This document shows, one piece after another, positions 23,005 to 33,756 of a DNA stretch of 64,000 nt. Source of the DNA: Coriobacteriia bacterium (GTDB taxonomy: Bacteria; Actinomycetota; Coriobacteriia; Coriobacteriales; UBA8131). The first letter of the stretch is position 1. The number at the start of each line of letters is the position of its first letter. Position numbers and translations under genes: made by a program. The notes beneath the pieces were generated by a model. The model ran no database searches. It saw only the letters and a program-made list of their open reading frames with translations, and was not told the origin of the DNA. The stretch is from assembly GCA_009783085.1 (NCBI GenBank), contig WRHU01000006.1, forward strand, positions 24,819 to 88,818, given 5' to 3'.

Positions 23005-24273
23005 TCACTTAAAGAAGCCGTCGTAGTGATGCTGCTTGAGTTGACTTTCAACCTTGCTCATCGTATCAAGTGCAACACCAACCATAATGAGGATAGAAGT
23101 ACCACCAAAGGTTGAGATGAGTGGGTCGTTGGTAAACATAAACAGTATGCTTGGAACAACGGCGATAAGCGCGATGTAGATACCACCCGGCAAGGTGATA
23201 CGGTTAATCACGTTTTTAATGTATTGAACGGTTGCAGTACCGGGGCGCACGCCGGGGATAAAACCACCTTGCTTGCGCAGGTTGTCGCCCGTGTCCTCTG
23301 GATTAAAGACCATAGAGGTATAAAAGAAGCAGAAAAACACGATGAGCGTAAAGGTAACAACCCAGTTTACTGGGCCACGCGAAAGCGCATTGGAAAACGC
23401 AGAAAGCCACTCAACGTTAAAGAACACCGCAAGCTGCAAAGGAAAATACACCAGCGAGCTTGCAAAGATGATGGGGATAACGCCAGCACCGTTGACCTTA
23501 AGCGGAATATACGTTGACTGACCGCCCATAACACGGCGACCCTGAATACGCTTAGCATAATTGACAGGAATACGACGCTGCGCGCGCTCCACCAAAACGA
23601 TACCCGGGATAACCAGCAGCACCACGATAAAAATGAGAACCGTTAATGCAAGGTTTTGATCCCAAGATTGCAGGATAACATTGGGGAAGCCAGCAATAAT
23701 GTTTGCAAAGATGATGAGTGACATACCGTTACCTACACCACGCTGGGTGATAAGCTCGCCCATCCACATGATGAAGCCTACGCCTGCTACCAAGGTCAAA
23801 ACGATGATGCAGCTCGTAAGAAACTCCATGCCCTGCGGAAGCACGAGGCCATATTGCTTAGACTGGAACATAAACAGATACCCTACGGCGTTGATAAAAC
23901 CAAGCCCCAAACACAAGTAGCGGGTAATCTGCGTAATACGCTTGCGACCACTTTCGCCCTCGCGTGCCATGCGCTGCAGCGAAGGAATAACACCTTGCAT
24001 CAGCTGCATGATAATCGACGCGGTAATGTAGGGCATGATACCCAGCGAGAATACCGAGAAGTTTGACAGCGCATTGCCAGAAAAGATGTTAAGCATCAGC
24101 ATGGCAGGGTTATCGCCCATCGACTTTGAGAACGCCTCGCCAAGACCTGCAGCATCAACACCGGGAACCGGTACGTATGAACCCAAACGGTACAGAGCAA
24201 TAATAAACAGCGTAAAGAATATTTTCCTGCGAAGATCGGGAACGCGGAAAGCATTTATGAGTGCGCTTAACAC
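23005..24273 (-). CDS. secY: Preprotein translocase subunit SecY
   Basis: LGIMPYITASII, GNGMSLIIF, AGVIPIIFA, IPGVRPG, GGTSILI. Confidence 0.97.
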   Translation of the reverse strand: MLSALINAFRVPDLRRKIFFTLFIIALYRLGSYVPVPGVDAAGLGEAFSKSMGDNPAMLMLNIFSGNALSNFSVFSLGIMPYITASIIMQLMQGVIPSLQRMAREGESGRKRITQITRYLCLGLGFINAVGYLFMFQSKQYGLVLPQGMEFLTSCIIVLTLVAGVGFIMWMGELITQRGVGNGMSLIIFANIIAGFPNVILQSWDQNLALTVLIFIVVLLVIPGIVLVERAQRRIPVNYAKRIQGRRVMGGQSTYIPLKVNGAGVIPIIFASSLVYFPLQLAVFFNVEWLSAFSNALSRGPVNWVVTFTLIVFFCFFYTSMVFNPEDTGDNLRKQGGFIPGVRPGTATVQYIKNVINRITLPGGIYIALIAVVPSILFMFTNDPLISTFGGTSILIMVGVALDTMSKVESQLKQHHYDGFFK

Positions 24274-24716
24274 GGGGATTCCACCTTTCCTCCGGCAGAG
24301 TTTATCTTTTCTGCCGCCGTGGTCGATACTTTGTCGACCCTGACCGTAAGGCTCTTAGAAAGCGAGCCATCGCCAAGCACCTTAACCAGTGCCTTTGAGC
24401 TTTTAATTATACCTTTGTCTGCCAAAGAAGCACCGTCAACAACGTCGCCGTCTTTGAAAAAGGTATCAAGACGTCCTACGTTGACGGGCACATACTCAAC
24501 ACGGTTGATGTTTCTAAAGCCAGGCAACTTAGGAAGCCTGCGAGCGAGCGGTGTTTGTCCACCCTCAAAGCCAGCACCCTTTGCGCCACCAGCGCGAGAT
24601 TTTTGACCGTTATAACCACGTGTTGCAGTTTTGCCATGCCCTGAGCCCGGCCCGCGACCAACACGCTTGCGTTCCTTTTTTGAGCCCGGCACGGGAGCTA
24701 AATCATGAAGCTGCAT
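24267..24716 (-). CDS. rplO: 50S ribosomal protein L15
   Basis: RVGRGPGSGHGKT, FEGGQTPL. Confidence 0.97.
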   Translation of the reverse strand: MQLHDLAPVPGSKKERKRVGRGPGSGHGKTATRGYNGQKSRAGGAKGAGFEGGQTPLARRLPKLPGFRNINRVEYVPVNVGRLDTFFKDGDVVDGASLADKGIIKSSKALVKVLGDGSLSKSLTVRVDKVSTTAAEKINSAGGKVESPC

Positions 24717-24929
24717 TTAGATCTCCTCCACTTTTACCAGATGTTTAACCTTAAAAATCATTCCACGGACGGCTGGGTTGTCAACTTGGTCGATAGTCGA
24801 GTTGATTTTGCCCAGACCCAGCGCACGAATAGTTCTCCCTTGATCCTCAGGAAAACCAATAGTGCTGCGTATCTGTGTTAATCTCAATGAACGTTTCACG
24901 TCTTTTCTCTTTCTTTTTCTTGCAGACAT
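24717..24929 (-). CDS. rpmD: 50S ribosomal protein L30
   Basis: [26 protein letters not shown]; basic N-terminal extension. Confidence 0.93.
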   Translation of the reverse strand: MSARKRKRKDVKRSLRLTQIRSTIGFPEDQGRTIRALGLGKINSTIDQVDNPAVRGMIFKVKHLVKVEEI

Positions 24930-24933
24930 GAGC

Positions 24934-25446
24934 CTACTCCTTCCAACCGTAAATCTTTGCAACACTCAGATCACGGCGTTGTGCAACGTCTTCGGGGCTT
25001 GAGAGGCTTTTAAGACCCTCGGCTGCCGCCTTGACGATATTCATAGCATTGTTTGTGCCCAGCGACTTTGAGAGTACGTTCTTAACTCCCGCAAGCTCCA
25101 TGAGCGCACGCACAGGACCACCAGCGATAACACCAGTACCAGGCGTTGCTGGGCGCAAAAGTACCTTACCTGCCCCAAAAACACCCAATATCTCATGCGG
25201 CAGCGTACCCTCTTTGGTCAAAGGCACATCAAACATATTTTTCTTGGCGTCTTCGACACCTTTTTTGATGGCGATGGGCACCTCAGTGCTTTTGCCCATA
25301 CCCACACCAACACGACCTGCTCCGTCGCCAACAACTACCAGTGCGGTCAGCGCAAAACGGCGACCACCCTTAACAACCTTAGAAACACGGTTGATATAAA
25401 CGACTCGCTCCTGCAGTTCAGGAACCGGTGCTTTTACTCTTGGCAT
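24934..25446 (-). CDS. rpsE: 30S ribosomal protein S5
   Basis: [23 protein letters not shown]. Confidence 0.97.
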   Translation of the reverse strand: MPRVKAPVPELQERVVYINRVSKVVKGGRRFALTALVVVGDGAGRVGVGMGKSTEVPIAIKKGVEDAKKNMFDVPLTKEGTLPHEILGVFGAGKVLLRPATPGTGVIAGGPVRALMELAGVKNVLSKSLGTNNAMNIVKAAAEGLKSLSSPEDVAQRRDLSVAKIYGWKE

Positions 25447-25461
25447 CTACAACCACCTTTC

Positions 25462-25830
25462 CTAAAACTCAAGACCGGCGCTACGTGCACCGTCTGCCAG
25501 AGCTTTGACGCGACCATGATAGAGATGTCCGCCGCGATCAAAAACAATTTTCTTGATCTTGGCAGCTTTTGCACGCTTGCCCACGAGCTCGCCCACAACC
25601 GCAGCACCCTCTACCGTAGCACCGCTTTTGCCTTCCTTTTTGAAATCAGCATCGAGTGAGGAGGCAGCAGCCAGTGTTTGACCTGCCACATCGTCGATAA
25701 GCTGAGCATAAATGTTTCCATTTGAACGAGTAACACGCAGGCGAGGAACCTCTGCCGTCCCGTTGATTTTGCCGCGAACACGCGTCTGGCGACGCTTGAG
25801 GCTTGCAGCTTTTACTTTGAGTTTATCCAT
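25462..25830 (-). CDS. rplR: 50S ribosomal protein L18
   Basis: [25 protein letters not shown]. Confidence 0.97.
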   Translation of the reverse strand: MDKLKVKAASLKRRQTRVRGKINGTAEVPRLRVTRSNGNIYAQLIDDVAGQTLAAASSLDADFKKEGKSGATVEGAAVVGELVGKRAKAAKIKKIVFDRGGHLYHGRVKALADGARSAGLEF

Positions 25831-25851
25831 GAATATGCTCCTTTATTCGCC

Positions 25852-26391
25852 CTAGTTACCGGCAGCTTTGCCCAGTTTACGGCGGACGTACTCGCCTTCA
25901 TAACGCACACCCTTGCCCTTATAAGGCTCTGGTTTACGCCATTTGCGTATATCTGCGGCGATTTGTCCCACCTTTTGCTTGTCAATACCACGCACGGTAA
26001 TCTGCGTAGGACTGGGCACCTCAAAGCTAATGCCTTCAGGAGCTTCGATAAGCACGGGGTGAGAAAATCCAAGCTGCATCTCAAGATTTTTGCCTTTAAG
26101 AGCAGCACGATAACCAACGCCGATAATTTCAAGATTCTTGTGAAATCCCTCGCTCACGCCCACCACCATGTTAGAAAGCAGCGTGCGAGAAAGTCCGTGT
26201 GCGCTTCGAGCCTCACGGCTCTCGTCAACACGCTCAACGATAAGCTCCTCGCCCTCTTGCTTGATGGTAACTTCATCTAAGAACGTGTGCGTAAGCTCAC
26301 CTTTTGAACTTTTTGCGGTGACCGTCTGTCCTTTAATGGTCACTTCTACTCCGGCAGGTACCGGAACAGGTTGTTTGCCAATACGTGACAT
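25852..26391 (-). CDS. rplF: 50S ribosomal protein L6
   Basis: [19 protein letters not shown]. Confidence 0.97.
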   Translation of the reverse strand: MSRIGKQPVPVPAGVEVTIKGQTVTAKSSKGELTHTFLDEVTIKQEGEELIVERVDESREARSAHGLSRTLLSNMVVGVSEGFHKNLEIIGVGYRAALKGKNLEMQLGFSHPVLIEAPEGISFEVPSPTQITVRGIDKQKVGQIAADIRKWRKPEPYKGKGVRYEGEYVRRKLGKAAGN

Positions 26392-26412
26392 TTTCTCCCT
26401 CTCTTTCCGGCT

Positions 26413-26811
26413 CTACCAAATATAGGCGATGACTTCGCCGCCTACGCCCGCCTTGCGAGCGTCACGGTCGGTCATTACGCCGTTGGACGTTGATATAACA
26501 GCAGTGCCAAGACCACCAAGTACCCGTGGCAAATCATCTTTGCCCGCATAGACACGCAAGCCAGGTTTTGAGATGCGCTTGAGGCCTCGAATCGTCTTTT
26601 CTTTTTTAGCACCATATTTCAAGGTAACCGAAAGCGTGCCAACAGGCACACCTGAGATTACTTCGTAGTCGATGATGTAGCCCTCCTCTTTGAGGATGCG
26701 GGCAATTTCAACGAGCTTCTTGCTCGTTGGCATCGAAACAGTTTCTTTGCTTGCAGAGTTTGCGTTGCGTATCCGCGTAAGCATATCTGCGATGGGGTCT
26801 GTCATAGACAT
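26413..26811 (-). CDS. rpsH: 30S ribosomal protein S8
   Basis: [21 protein letters not shown]. Confidence 0.97.
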   Translation of the reverse strand: MSMTDPIADMLTRIRNANSASKETVSMPTSKKLVEIARILKEEGYIIDYEVISGVPVGTLSVTLKYGAKKEKTIRGLKRISKPGLRVYAGKDDLPRVLGGLGTAVISTSNGVMTDRDARKAGVGGEVIAYIW

Positions 26812-26931
26812 TGTGTTACTCCTTCATTCTTTGTTTGAGATGAGCTTTCAAGCTGGTTCACCTTCACCCATGATGAGGGTGCCTGGCTTCAAAGCCTCCC
26901 GTACGTCGCCTCAGCGGTAGGCCTAGTAGCC

Positions 26932-27117
26932 CTACCAGCTTGCCTTTTTGACGCCGGGCAGTTCGCCTCGACTAGCCATTTCTCTCAAGCAGATGCGGCA
27001 CAAACCAAACTGACGGTAGTAGGCGCGTGGGCGTCCACAGCGGGTGCAGCGGTTGTGTTCACGTGTTGAGAACTTCGCTTGGCGTTTTGCCTTGGCTATC
27101 ATCGACTTCTTTGCCAT
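26932..27117 (-). CDS. rpsZ: 30S ribosomal protein S14 type Z
   Basis: 61 aa; RCTRCGR..CRIC..KASW. Confidence 0.96.
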   Translation of the reverse strand: MAKKSMIAKAKRQAKFSTREHNRCTRCGRPRAYYRQFGLCRICLREMASRGELPGVKKASW

Positions 27118-27131
27118 GAAATCTCCTTAAC

Positions 27132-27677
27132 CTAATTTCTCTTAAAGGGAAAGCCCAGTGCCTCAAAAAGCGCCTTGGCTTCCTCATCGGTCTTTGCAGA
27201 GGTAACAAAGGTAATGTCCATACCACGGGTACGGTCAACCTTATCGTAATCAATCTCAGTAAAGATAAGCTGCTCGGTAACACCCATCGAGTAGTTGCCA
27301 CGTCCGTCAAAGCTCTCGGCTGAGATGCCTCTAAAGTCGCGAACACGAGGAATTGCCATGGCAAGCAGGCGGTCCAAAAACTCCCACATACGCTCGCCAC
27401 GCAAGGTTACCTTTGCACCGATAGGCATACCGGCACGCAGCTTGAAGTTTGCGATAGACTTTTTGGCACGACAAATCATCGGCTGCTGGCCGGTAATGAG
27501 GCGTAAATCCTCAACGGCAGCGTTGATGAGCTTGCTGTCTTGTGCAGCTGCGCCAACACCCATGTTGACAATAATCTTCTCAAGCGTGGGAATCTCGTTG
27601 ACGTTGCCAATGCCCAGCTGGTCTTTAATCGCCGGAGCAACTTCGCTTTTATACTTCTCTTTAAGCCGTGCTGTCAT
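27132..27677 (-). CDS. rplE: 50S ribosomal protein L5
   Basis: [31 protein letters not shown]. Confidence 0.97.
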   Translation of the reverse strand: MTARLKEKYKSEVAPAIKDQLGIGNVNEIPTLEKIIVNMGVGAAAQDSKLINAAVEDLRLITGQQPMICRAKKSIANFKLRAGMPIGAKVTLRGERMWEFLDRLLAMAIPRVRDFRGISAESFDGRGNYSMGVTEQLIFTEIDYDKVDRTRGMDITFVTSAKTDEEAKALFEALGFPFKRN

Positions 27678-27678
27678 A

Positions 27679-28002
27679 CTAATCAATCTCCTTACCGCAT
27701 TTTTTACAGATGCGGACCTTCTTGCCCTCTTCAACCTTCATACCAACACGAGTTGACTTGCTGCACTTAGGGCAAACAAGCATAACGGTTGAAACATGAA
27801 TGGGTCTTTCAACCTGCATGATGCCACCTTGGGGGTTGTCACGTGTGGGGCGTTGCGCCTTTTTAGCAACAGCGACCTTTTCTACAACCACCTTGCGGCT
27901 TTCTGGAATAGCGCGCATAACAGAGGATTTAACACCCTTGTCTTTGCCACTGATGACCTCAACGGTGTCACCCTTTTTTATACGCATCTTGTTGTTAGAC
28001 AT
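27679..28002 (-). CDS. rplX: 50S ribosomal protein L24
   Basis: [16 protein letters not shown] (KOW motif). Confidence 0.96.
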   Translation of the reverse strand: MSNNKMRIKKGDTVEVISGKDKGVKSSVMRAIPESRKVVVEKVAVAKKAQRPTRDNPQGGIMQVERPIHVSTVMLVCPKCSKSTRVGMKVEEGKKVRICKKCGKEID

Positions 28003-28048
28003 AAAACTTACTCCTTATAGCTGTTCTACTGGCACAAAGAGTGCCAGC

Positions 28049-28417
28049 CTACAGTGTTTCCGGCGCAAGCGAAACAATTTTCATGTAACGCTTGTCACGC
28101 AACTCACGGGCAACCGGGCCAAAGATACGAGTTCCTCGAGGGGCTCCTGCAGTATCGATAACCACGGCGGCATTTTGGTCAAACTTGATATAGCTGCCGT
28201 CTTTGCGACGCACCTCTTTTTTGACACGCACAATAACGCAGCGGACAACTTCGCCCTTTTTGACATTGCCGTTTGGCGTTGCCTCTTTAACGGCGCACAC
28301 GATAGTATCGCCAAGACTTGCATAGCGGCGCTTTGAGCCACCTAATACCTTGATGCACTGTACTTTACGTGCACCTGAGTTATCGGCGACGGTAAGCATG
28401 CTTTCTACTTGAATCAT
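28049..28417 (-). CDS. rplN: 50S ribosomal protein L14
   Basis: [19 protein letters not shown]. Confidence 0.97.
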   Translation of the reverse strand: MIQVESMLTVADNSGARKVQCIKVLGGSKRRYASLGDTIVCAVKEATPNGNVKKGEVVRCVIVRVKKEVRRKDGSYIKFDQNAAVVIDTAGAPRGTRIFGPVARELRDKRYMKIVSLAPETL

Positions 28418-28426
28418 CTACGCCTC

Positions 28427-28687
28427 CTACTTGGCTTTCTCAACGATTTCGAGCAATCTCCATCGTTTTAGTTTCGAGATAGGACGAGTTTCCATGATTT
28501 GCACGGTATCGCCTAAACCAGCGGTGTTTTGCTCGTCATGGGCATGAAGTTTTTTGGTACGAGTCATCATCTTGCCGTAAATAGGGTGCGGTTTGCGCTC
28601 TTTAATCTCAACAACACAGGTTTTGTCGCCCTGTGCAGAAACAACTACGCCCTGACGTACCTTACGGCGGTTACGCTCTTCAGTCAT
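28427..28687 (-). CDS. rpsQ: 30S ribosomal protein S17
   Basis: GVVVS..DKT, HPIYGK, ETRPISK. Confidence 0.96.
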   Translation of the reverse strand: MTEERNRRKVRQGVVVSAQGDKTCVVEIKERKPHPIYGKMMTRTKKLHAHDEQNTAGLGDTVQIMETRPISKLKRWRLLEIVEKAK

Positions 28688-28709
28688 TATCGTCTTTCCG
28701 TCCTCTCGC

Positions 28710-28922
28710 CTAGCTCGTCTGCTCAACAACAAGGTTGAGTTCACGGGCACGAATCTCAGTAAGGAGTCGTGCGGTATCTTTCTTTACTTCCTTGATGCGA
28801 CCGGTGTTATCAAGCTGGCTTGTTGCCATTTGAAAACGCAGGTTAAACAGCTCGGTACGTCCGTCTTTGAGCTTTTGCTTAAGATCGTCGTTGCTCAGGT
28901 CGCGTATTTCTTTTGCTTTCAT
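28710..28922 (-). CDS. rpmC: 50S ribosomal protein L29
   Basis: ELFNLRFQ; position in the S10 operon. Confidence 0.95.
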   Translation of the reverse strand: MKAKEIRDLSNDDLKQKLKDGRTELFNLRFQMATSQLDNTGRIKEVKKDTARLLTEIRARELNLVVEQTS

Positions 28923-29348
28923 CTAAACCTCCCCGTCCTTTACCTCACGGGACACTATCTTGCACTTGATGGGCAGTTTTTGAATTGCAAGACGCAAAGC
29001 CTCAACAGCAAGCTCATGTTCGACATCAGCAATCTCAAACATAATGCGTCCTGGTTTTACCACTGCTACCCATTCCTCGGGGTTACCCTTACCAGAACCC
29101 ATGCGAGTTTCGGCAGGTTTTTTAGTAATTGGTTTGTCGGGGAAGATGTTAATCCACACCCGACCGCCACGCTTCATGTGACGAGTCATCGCAACACGAG
29201 CAGCCTCAATTTGGCGGTTGGTAATCCAATGCGGCTCAAGAGCCTGAATACCATAGGTGCCAAAGTTAAGCTGCGTGCCGCCCTTGGCCTTGCCTTTCAT
29301 AGAACCGCGCTGCACCTTACGATGCTTGACGCGCTTAGGTATAAGCAT
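28923..29348 (-). CDS. rplP: 50S ribosomal protein L16
   Basis: [16 protein letters not shown]. Confidence 0.97.
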   Translation of the reverse strand: MLIPKRVKHRKVQRGSMKGKAKGGTQLNFGTYGIQALEPHWITNRQIEAARVAMTRHMKRGGRVWINIFPDKPITKKPAETRMGSGKGNPEEWVAVVKPGRIMFEIADVEHELAVEALRLAIQKLPIKCKIVSREVKDGEV

Positions 29349-29350
29349 TT

Positions 29351-30052
29351 CTATTTTCTCCCTTCACCACGACGGGGACGAGCAGGACGCGATGAGCCCT
29401 CAAGTGCTGGCTCAGGCGTTGGTTGGCCCGGAAGTCGCTCGCCGTGATAGACCCAAACTTTAACGCCGATAGAACCCATCGTTGTAGCTGCAGTAGCAAA
29501 ACCGTAGTCGATTTTTGCACGCAGGGTATGCAAAGGCACCCGACCCTCACGATACCACTCACGACGGCTCATCTCGGCACCGCCCAAACGTCCGGAGCAT
29601 TGGATACGAATACCCTTTGCGCCACTTTTGATGGCGGATTGAACAGCCTTGCGCATCGCACGTCTAAACGCCACACGACCCTCAAGCTGCTCAGCAACTG
29701 ACTGAGCGATAAGCGCTGCATCAAGCTCAGGGCGCTTAATTTCAATAACGTCAACGCTCACCTTGCCGTTGGCAATTTTTTCAAGATCCTTGCGCAACTC
29801 ATCTATCTCGGCACCCTTTTTACCAATAACGATACCAGGGCGTGCCGTGGTGATGATGACACGTATCTTGTCGCCAGCGCGCTCTATCTCAATTTTAGAA
29901 ACGGCAGCACGAGCAAGACGCTTATCAAGGTACTTGCGCAATGCGATGTCGTTTTCAAGATTGACTGCATACTCTCTGCCTGCATACCAGCGGCTGCGCC
30001 AATTCTCAGTAACTCCCAGACGAAATCCGGTAGGATAAACTTTTTGACCCAT
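29351..30052 (-). CDS. rpsC: 30S ribosomal protein S3
   Basis: [21 protein letters not shown]. Confidence 0.97.
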   Translation of the reverse strand: MGQKVYPTGFRLGVTENWRSRWYAGREYAVNLENDIALRKYLDKRLARAAVSKIEIERAGDKIRVIITTARPGIVIGKKGAEIDELRKDLEKIANGKVSVDVIEIKRPELDAALIAQSVAEQLEGRVAFRRAMRKAVQSAIKSGAKGIRIQCSGRLGGAEMSRREWYREGRVPLHTLRAKIDYGFATAATTMGSIGVKVWVYHGERLPGQPTPEPALEGSSRPARPRRGEGRK

Positions 30053-30055
30053 GTG

Positions 30056-30394
30056 CTAGTTCTCCTCTCGTGTGCCAACGATAACCGTGATATGGCTCGT
30101 ACGCTTTAAGATGCGTGATGCCGAGCCCTTTGCACGAGGACGAATGCGCTTCATGGTAGGCCCTTCGTCGGCATAGGTCGCTTTGACCACAAGGTTTTCT
30201 TCTTTTACACCCTCACGCTCAGCGTTAGCAACGGCACTGTTTAAGACCTTCTCGACAACTTCTGCTACGTTGCGCTCAGAGAATTGAAGAATCTCGCGGG
30301 CGCGAACAATCTGCTTGCCACGAATAAGGTCAATGACCATGCGTGCTTTGCGCGGAGAAACCCGAACGTAACGGGCAACTGCTCTTGCTTCCAT
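30056..30394 (-). CDS. rplV: 50S ribosomal protein L22
   Basis: [21 protein letters not shown]. Confidence 0.97.
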   Translation of the reverse strand: MEARAVARYVRVSPRKARMVIDLIRGKQIVRAREILQFSERNVAEVVEKVLNSAVANAEREGVKEENLVVKATYADEGPTMKRIRPRAKGSASRILKRTSHITVIVGTREEN

Positions 30395-30670
30395 TTACTT
30401 CTTGCCTTTCTTGTCTGCCGCGTGACCGCGGAACGTGCGGGTTACGGCGAACTCGCCAAGCTTGTGACCAACCATGCTCTCCGTTACATACACCGGAACG
30501 TGTTTGCGTCCGTCGTGAACGGCGATGGTATGACCAACCATCTCAGGAAAAATCGTTGAGGCGCGCGACCACGTTTTAATCACGTTTTTCTCGCCCGCAT
30601 CGTTCATTTTGTTGATGCGACCGAGCAAGCGCGGCTCTACGAAGGGTCCTTTTTTAAGACTTCTGCTCAT
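30395..30670 (-). CDS. rpsS: 30S ribosomal protein S19
   Basis: [17 protein letters not shown]. Confidence 0.97.
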   Translation of the reverse strand: MSRSLKKGPFVEPRLLGRINKMNDAGEKNVIKTWSRASTIFPEMVGHTIAVHDGRKHVPVYVTESMVGHKLGEFAVTRTFRGHAADKKGKK

Positions 30671-30713
30671 GTATATCCTTACTCCTCACAGTGGGTTTCA
30701 CAAACGTGAACCA

Positions 30714-31544
30714 CTATTTTTTACGCCTACGAATAATCAAGCGGCTCGATGCCTTCTTTTTATTGCGCGTACGGTGACCCTTGGTAGGAACACCCCACGG
30801 CGTAACAGGGTGACGGCCAGCAGATTTGTTCTTGCCTTCGCCGCCGCCATGCGGGTGGTCAACCGGATTCATAACCGTACCACGCACCGTTGGGCGCACG
30901 CCCATCCAGCGCTTGCGTCCAGCCTTGCCAATCTTGATGTTGGCGTGCTCAGCATTACCAACCTCGCCTACCGTAGCACGGCAGGTGATAAGCACACGAC
31001 GCATCTCATGAGAAGGCATACGCAAAACAGCATACTTACCCTCTTTAGCCATGAGCTGGATAGATGAGCCAGCGCTACGAGCAAGAGCAGCGCCCTTGCC
31101 TGGCTGAAGCTCAACCGCATGAACGGTGGTACCCACGGGGATATCCTTAAGCTGCAAAGCGCAACCCGGTTTAATGTCTGATTCAGAACCGCTGGTTATT
31201 ACATCGCCCACCTTCAAGCCACGAGGGTGCAAGATGTAGCTCTTGGCTCCATCGGCATAATGCAACAGCGCAATGCGAGCTGAGCGGTTGGGGTCGTACT
31301 CAACCGTTGCAACCTTAGCGGGCACGCCATCTTTGGTGCGCTTAAAGTCAATAATGCGATACTTGCGCTTGTGCCCACCGCCTTGGTGGCGAGTAGTAAT
31401 ACGACCGTTGTTGTTGCGTCCTGCCTTTTTGGGCAAAGGGCGCAGCAGCGTCTTCTCGGGCGTGCTGGTAGTGATTTCGGCAAAATCCGAAACCGTCTGG
31501 AAGCGACGTCCGGGGGAAGTAGGTTTGTACTGTTTAATTCCCAT
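30714..31544 (-). CDS. rplB: 50S ribosomal protein L2
   Basis: [21 protein letters not shown]. Confidence 0.98.
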   Translation of the reverse strand: MGIKQYKPTSPGRRFQTVSDFAEITTSTPEKTLLRPLPKKAGRNNNGRITTRHQGGGHKRKYRIIDFKRTKDGVPAKVATVEYDPNRSARIALLHYADGAKSYILHPRGLKVGDVITSGSESDIKPGCALQLKDIPVGTTVHAVELQPGKGAALARSAGSSIQLMAKEGKYAVLRMPSHEMRRVLITCRATVGEVGNAEHANIKIGKAGRKRWMGVRPTVRGTVMNPVDHPHGGGEGKNKSAGRHPVTPWGVPTKGHRTRNKKKASSRLIIRRRKK

Positions 31545-31653
31545 GGTCTTTCTTATCTCCTTACACGGTGCCGGGCGTGTCCTTTGTGCCTAACGCTTTG
31601 AGAACGCAACCCGTCTGGTTCCTTCAAAACCTTCAAAATCCTTCTAAACGGTA

Positions 31654-31938
31654 TTAGATGCCAAATGCCTCTATAGTTTCGCCTTCAGCCACCGTAACAA
31701 TGGCCTTTTTCCACGAACGAGTTGTACCCTTTGCATAACGTACCCGCTTGGGCTTACCCGTAACACGCATCGTATTAACCTTGAGAACCGTAACGCCAAA
31801 AATCTCTTCGACGGCTTGACGAATCTCAATCTTGCTTGCCTGCTTGGCAACCTCAAAGGTATAACGATTGTCGTTGATGAGGTCGTAGCTCCGCTCCGAA
31901 ACAATGGGGCGTAAAATGACCTGTCGAACATCTTTCAT
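31654..31938 (-). CDS. rplW: 50S ribosomal protein L23
   Basis: RPIVSE, K.EI..AVE, WKKAIV. Confidence 0.96.
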   Translation of the reverse strand: MKDVRQVILRPIVSERSYDLINDNRYTFEVAKQASKIEIRQAVEEIFGVTVLKVNTMRVTGKPKRVRYAKGTTRSWKKAIVTVAEGETIEAFGI

Positions 31939-32561
31939 TATTTCAGCACCTCCTCAATGCGCTTGAGTGAGGCACTGGTAAACACCAAAGTGCCGTTGTC
32001 AATCAAATCATGTGCGTTTGCTTCTGAAACAAAAATCACCCGCACGGTTGGAATGTTATTAAATGATAAAAAGGCGTTTGCGTTGTCATCGTCAAGTACG
32101 ATGGTAGTGCGCCCTGTTACCTTAAGCGCCTCTAAAGCAGCTACTGCTTGCTTGGTTGAGGGCTTCTCAAAGGCAAACTCATCAACAACGAGCAGCACAC
32201 CTTCTGCGGCTTTTGCAGAAAGCGCCGAGCGCATTGCGAGCTTAACCTCTTTGTTGTTAACCTTAAACGCATAGCTGCGTGCATGAGGTCCAAAAACCAC
32301 ACCACCACTGCGATAGTGGGGAGCGCTTACGGTACCTTGACGTGCACGACCGGTGCCCTTTTGGCGATACGGCTTTCTGCCACCGCCGGCAACTTGCCCA
32401 CGTGTTTTGGTTTCATGCGTACCGGCACGGCGTGCTGCAAGTTGCGAGCGCACCACTTCGTGCATGACATGGATATTGGGAGCAACGCCAAAGACGGCAT
32501 CGGAAAGCTCGGCCGTGCCGACCTTCTTTCCTCCCTTATCTTTAATCTCTACCTTAGCCAT
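31938..32561 (-). CDS. rplD: 50S ribosomal protein L4
   Basis: KPYRQKGTGRARQG. Confidence 0.97.
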   Translation of the reverse strand: MAKVEIKDKGGKKVGTAELSDAVFGVAPNIHVMHEVVRSQLAARRAGTHETKTRGQVAGGGRKPYRQKGTGRARQGTVSAPHYRSGGVVFGPHARSYAFKVNNKEVKLAMRSALSAKAAEGVLLVVDEFAFEKPSTKQAVAALEALKVTGRTTIVLDDDNANAFLSFNNIPTVRVIFVSEANAHDLIDNGTLVFTSASLKRIEEVLK

Positions 32562-32612
32562 TGTTAGTCTATCTCCTAAAGCTTTATTTCCTCGTGTTAA
32601 TTACGGCTGCAA

Positions 32613-33233
32613 TTACACGGTACGGACACTAACGAGCGCACCCTTGCCACCGGGTACTGCGCCTTTAACGAGCAACAAGTTTTGCTCGGCATCAACTTTT
32701 ACCACCTCAAGGTTTTTAACGGTCACCTTGTCAACACCCATGTGTCCCGGAAGGCGCAGGCCTTTGAAAACACGTGAGGGAGTAGCGCACTGGCCAACAG
32801 AACCTGGAGCACGGTGGAAGTGAGAACCGTGTCCACCCGGACCACCCTTAAAGTTGTAACGCTTCATAACACCGGCAAAGCCCTTACCTTTTGAAACGCC
32901 AGAAACGTCCACTTTTTTAGTTTCGGCAAATTGCTCAACCGTTATCTCTTGACCAAGCTCATAGTTAGCAGCATCGTCAACGCGAACCTCACGCAAAACC
33001 TTTGAGGGCTCTACGTTTGCTTTGCTAAAGTGACCAGCCATAGGTTTGTTGAGCTTTTTAGCCTTAAGCTCGCCAAAACCAATTTGAACGGCACTATAGC
33101 CTTCTTTTTCATCGGTCTTTATCTGCGTCACCACGCACGGACCCGCTTGTATAACCGTAACCGGCACAAGCTGGTCGTCGTCTGACCAGACCTGGGTCAT
33201 GCCCAGTTTGCGACCTAAAATCGTATTGCACAT
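32613..33233 (-). CDS. rplC: 50S ribosomal protein L3
   Basis: [26 protein letters not shown]. Confidence 0.97.
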   Translation of the reverse strand: MCNTILGRKLGMTQVWSDDDQLVPVTVIQAGPCVVTQIKTDEKEGYSAVQIGFGELKAKKLNKPMAGHFSKANVEPSKVLREVRVDDAANYELGQEITVEQFAETKKVDVSGVSKGKGFAGVMKRYNFKGGPGGHGSHFHRAPGSVGQCATPSRVFKGLRLPGHMGVDKVTVKNLEVVKVDAEQNLLLVKGAVPGGKGALVSVRTV

Positions 33234-33319
33234 AACAAAACCTCTATCTTTCTCGGTCGTAGCACCTTACAGCAAGCCCTTCTTGCTGCCGCCAGCGGAC
33301 CGAACGAACACAAATAAAC

Positions 33320-33628
33320 TTACAGCTTAATCTCAATATCTACGCCAGCGGGCAAATCAAGTCGCATGAGCGAGTCCACCGTGTTAGGCGTGGGCTCCAA
33401 GATGTCGATAAGACGCTTGTGCGTACGCATCTCAAACTGCTCACGACTATCCTTGTCTTTGTGAGGCGAGCGGATAACGCAATACAAATTGCGCTCAGTA
33501 GGAAGCGGCACGGGGCCAGAAACCTTTGCGCCCGTCTTTTGCGCGGTGTCCACAATAAGCTTGGTGGACTGATCCACTATCTCATGGTCGTAGCCTTTGA
33601 GGCGGATTCTGATTTTTTGACTTGCCAA
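33320..33628 (-). CDS. rpsJ: 30S ribosomal protein S10
   Basis: [26 protein letters not shown]; TTG start after AAGGAG. Confidence 0.97.
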   Translation of the reverse strand: MASQKIRIRLKGYDHEIVDQSTKLIVDTAQKTGAKVSGPVPLPTERNLYCVIRSPHKDKDSREQFEMRTHKRLIDILEPTPNTVDSLMRLDLPAGVDIEIKL

Positions 33629-33756
33629 CTTTTTCTCCTTAAAAACTTCTAAAGCTTGGTGCTTCATAAAACTTTGCTTTACAACGTGCTGCTCGAGGCT
33701 CGACTCGCTTAGCAGGCGCTCACTTTGCAGGCACTCGCCTTGCAGGCGCTTGCTTG

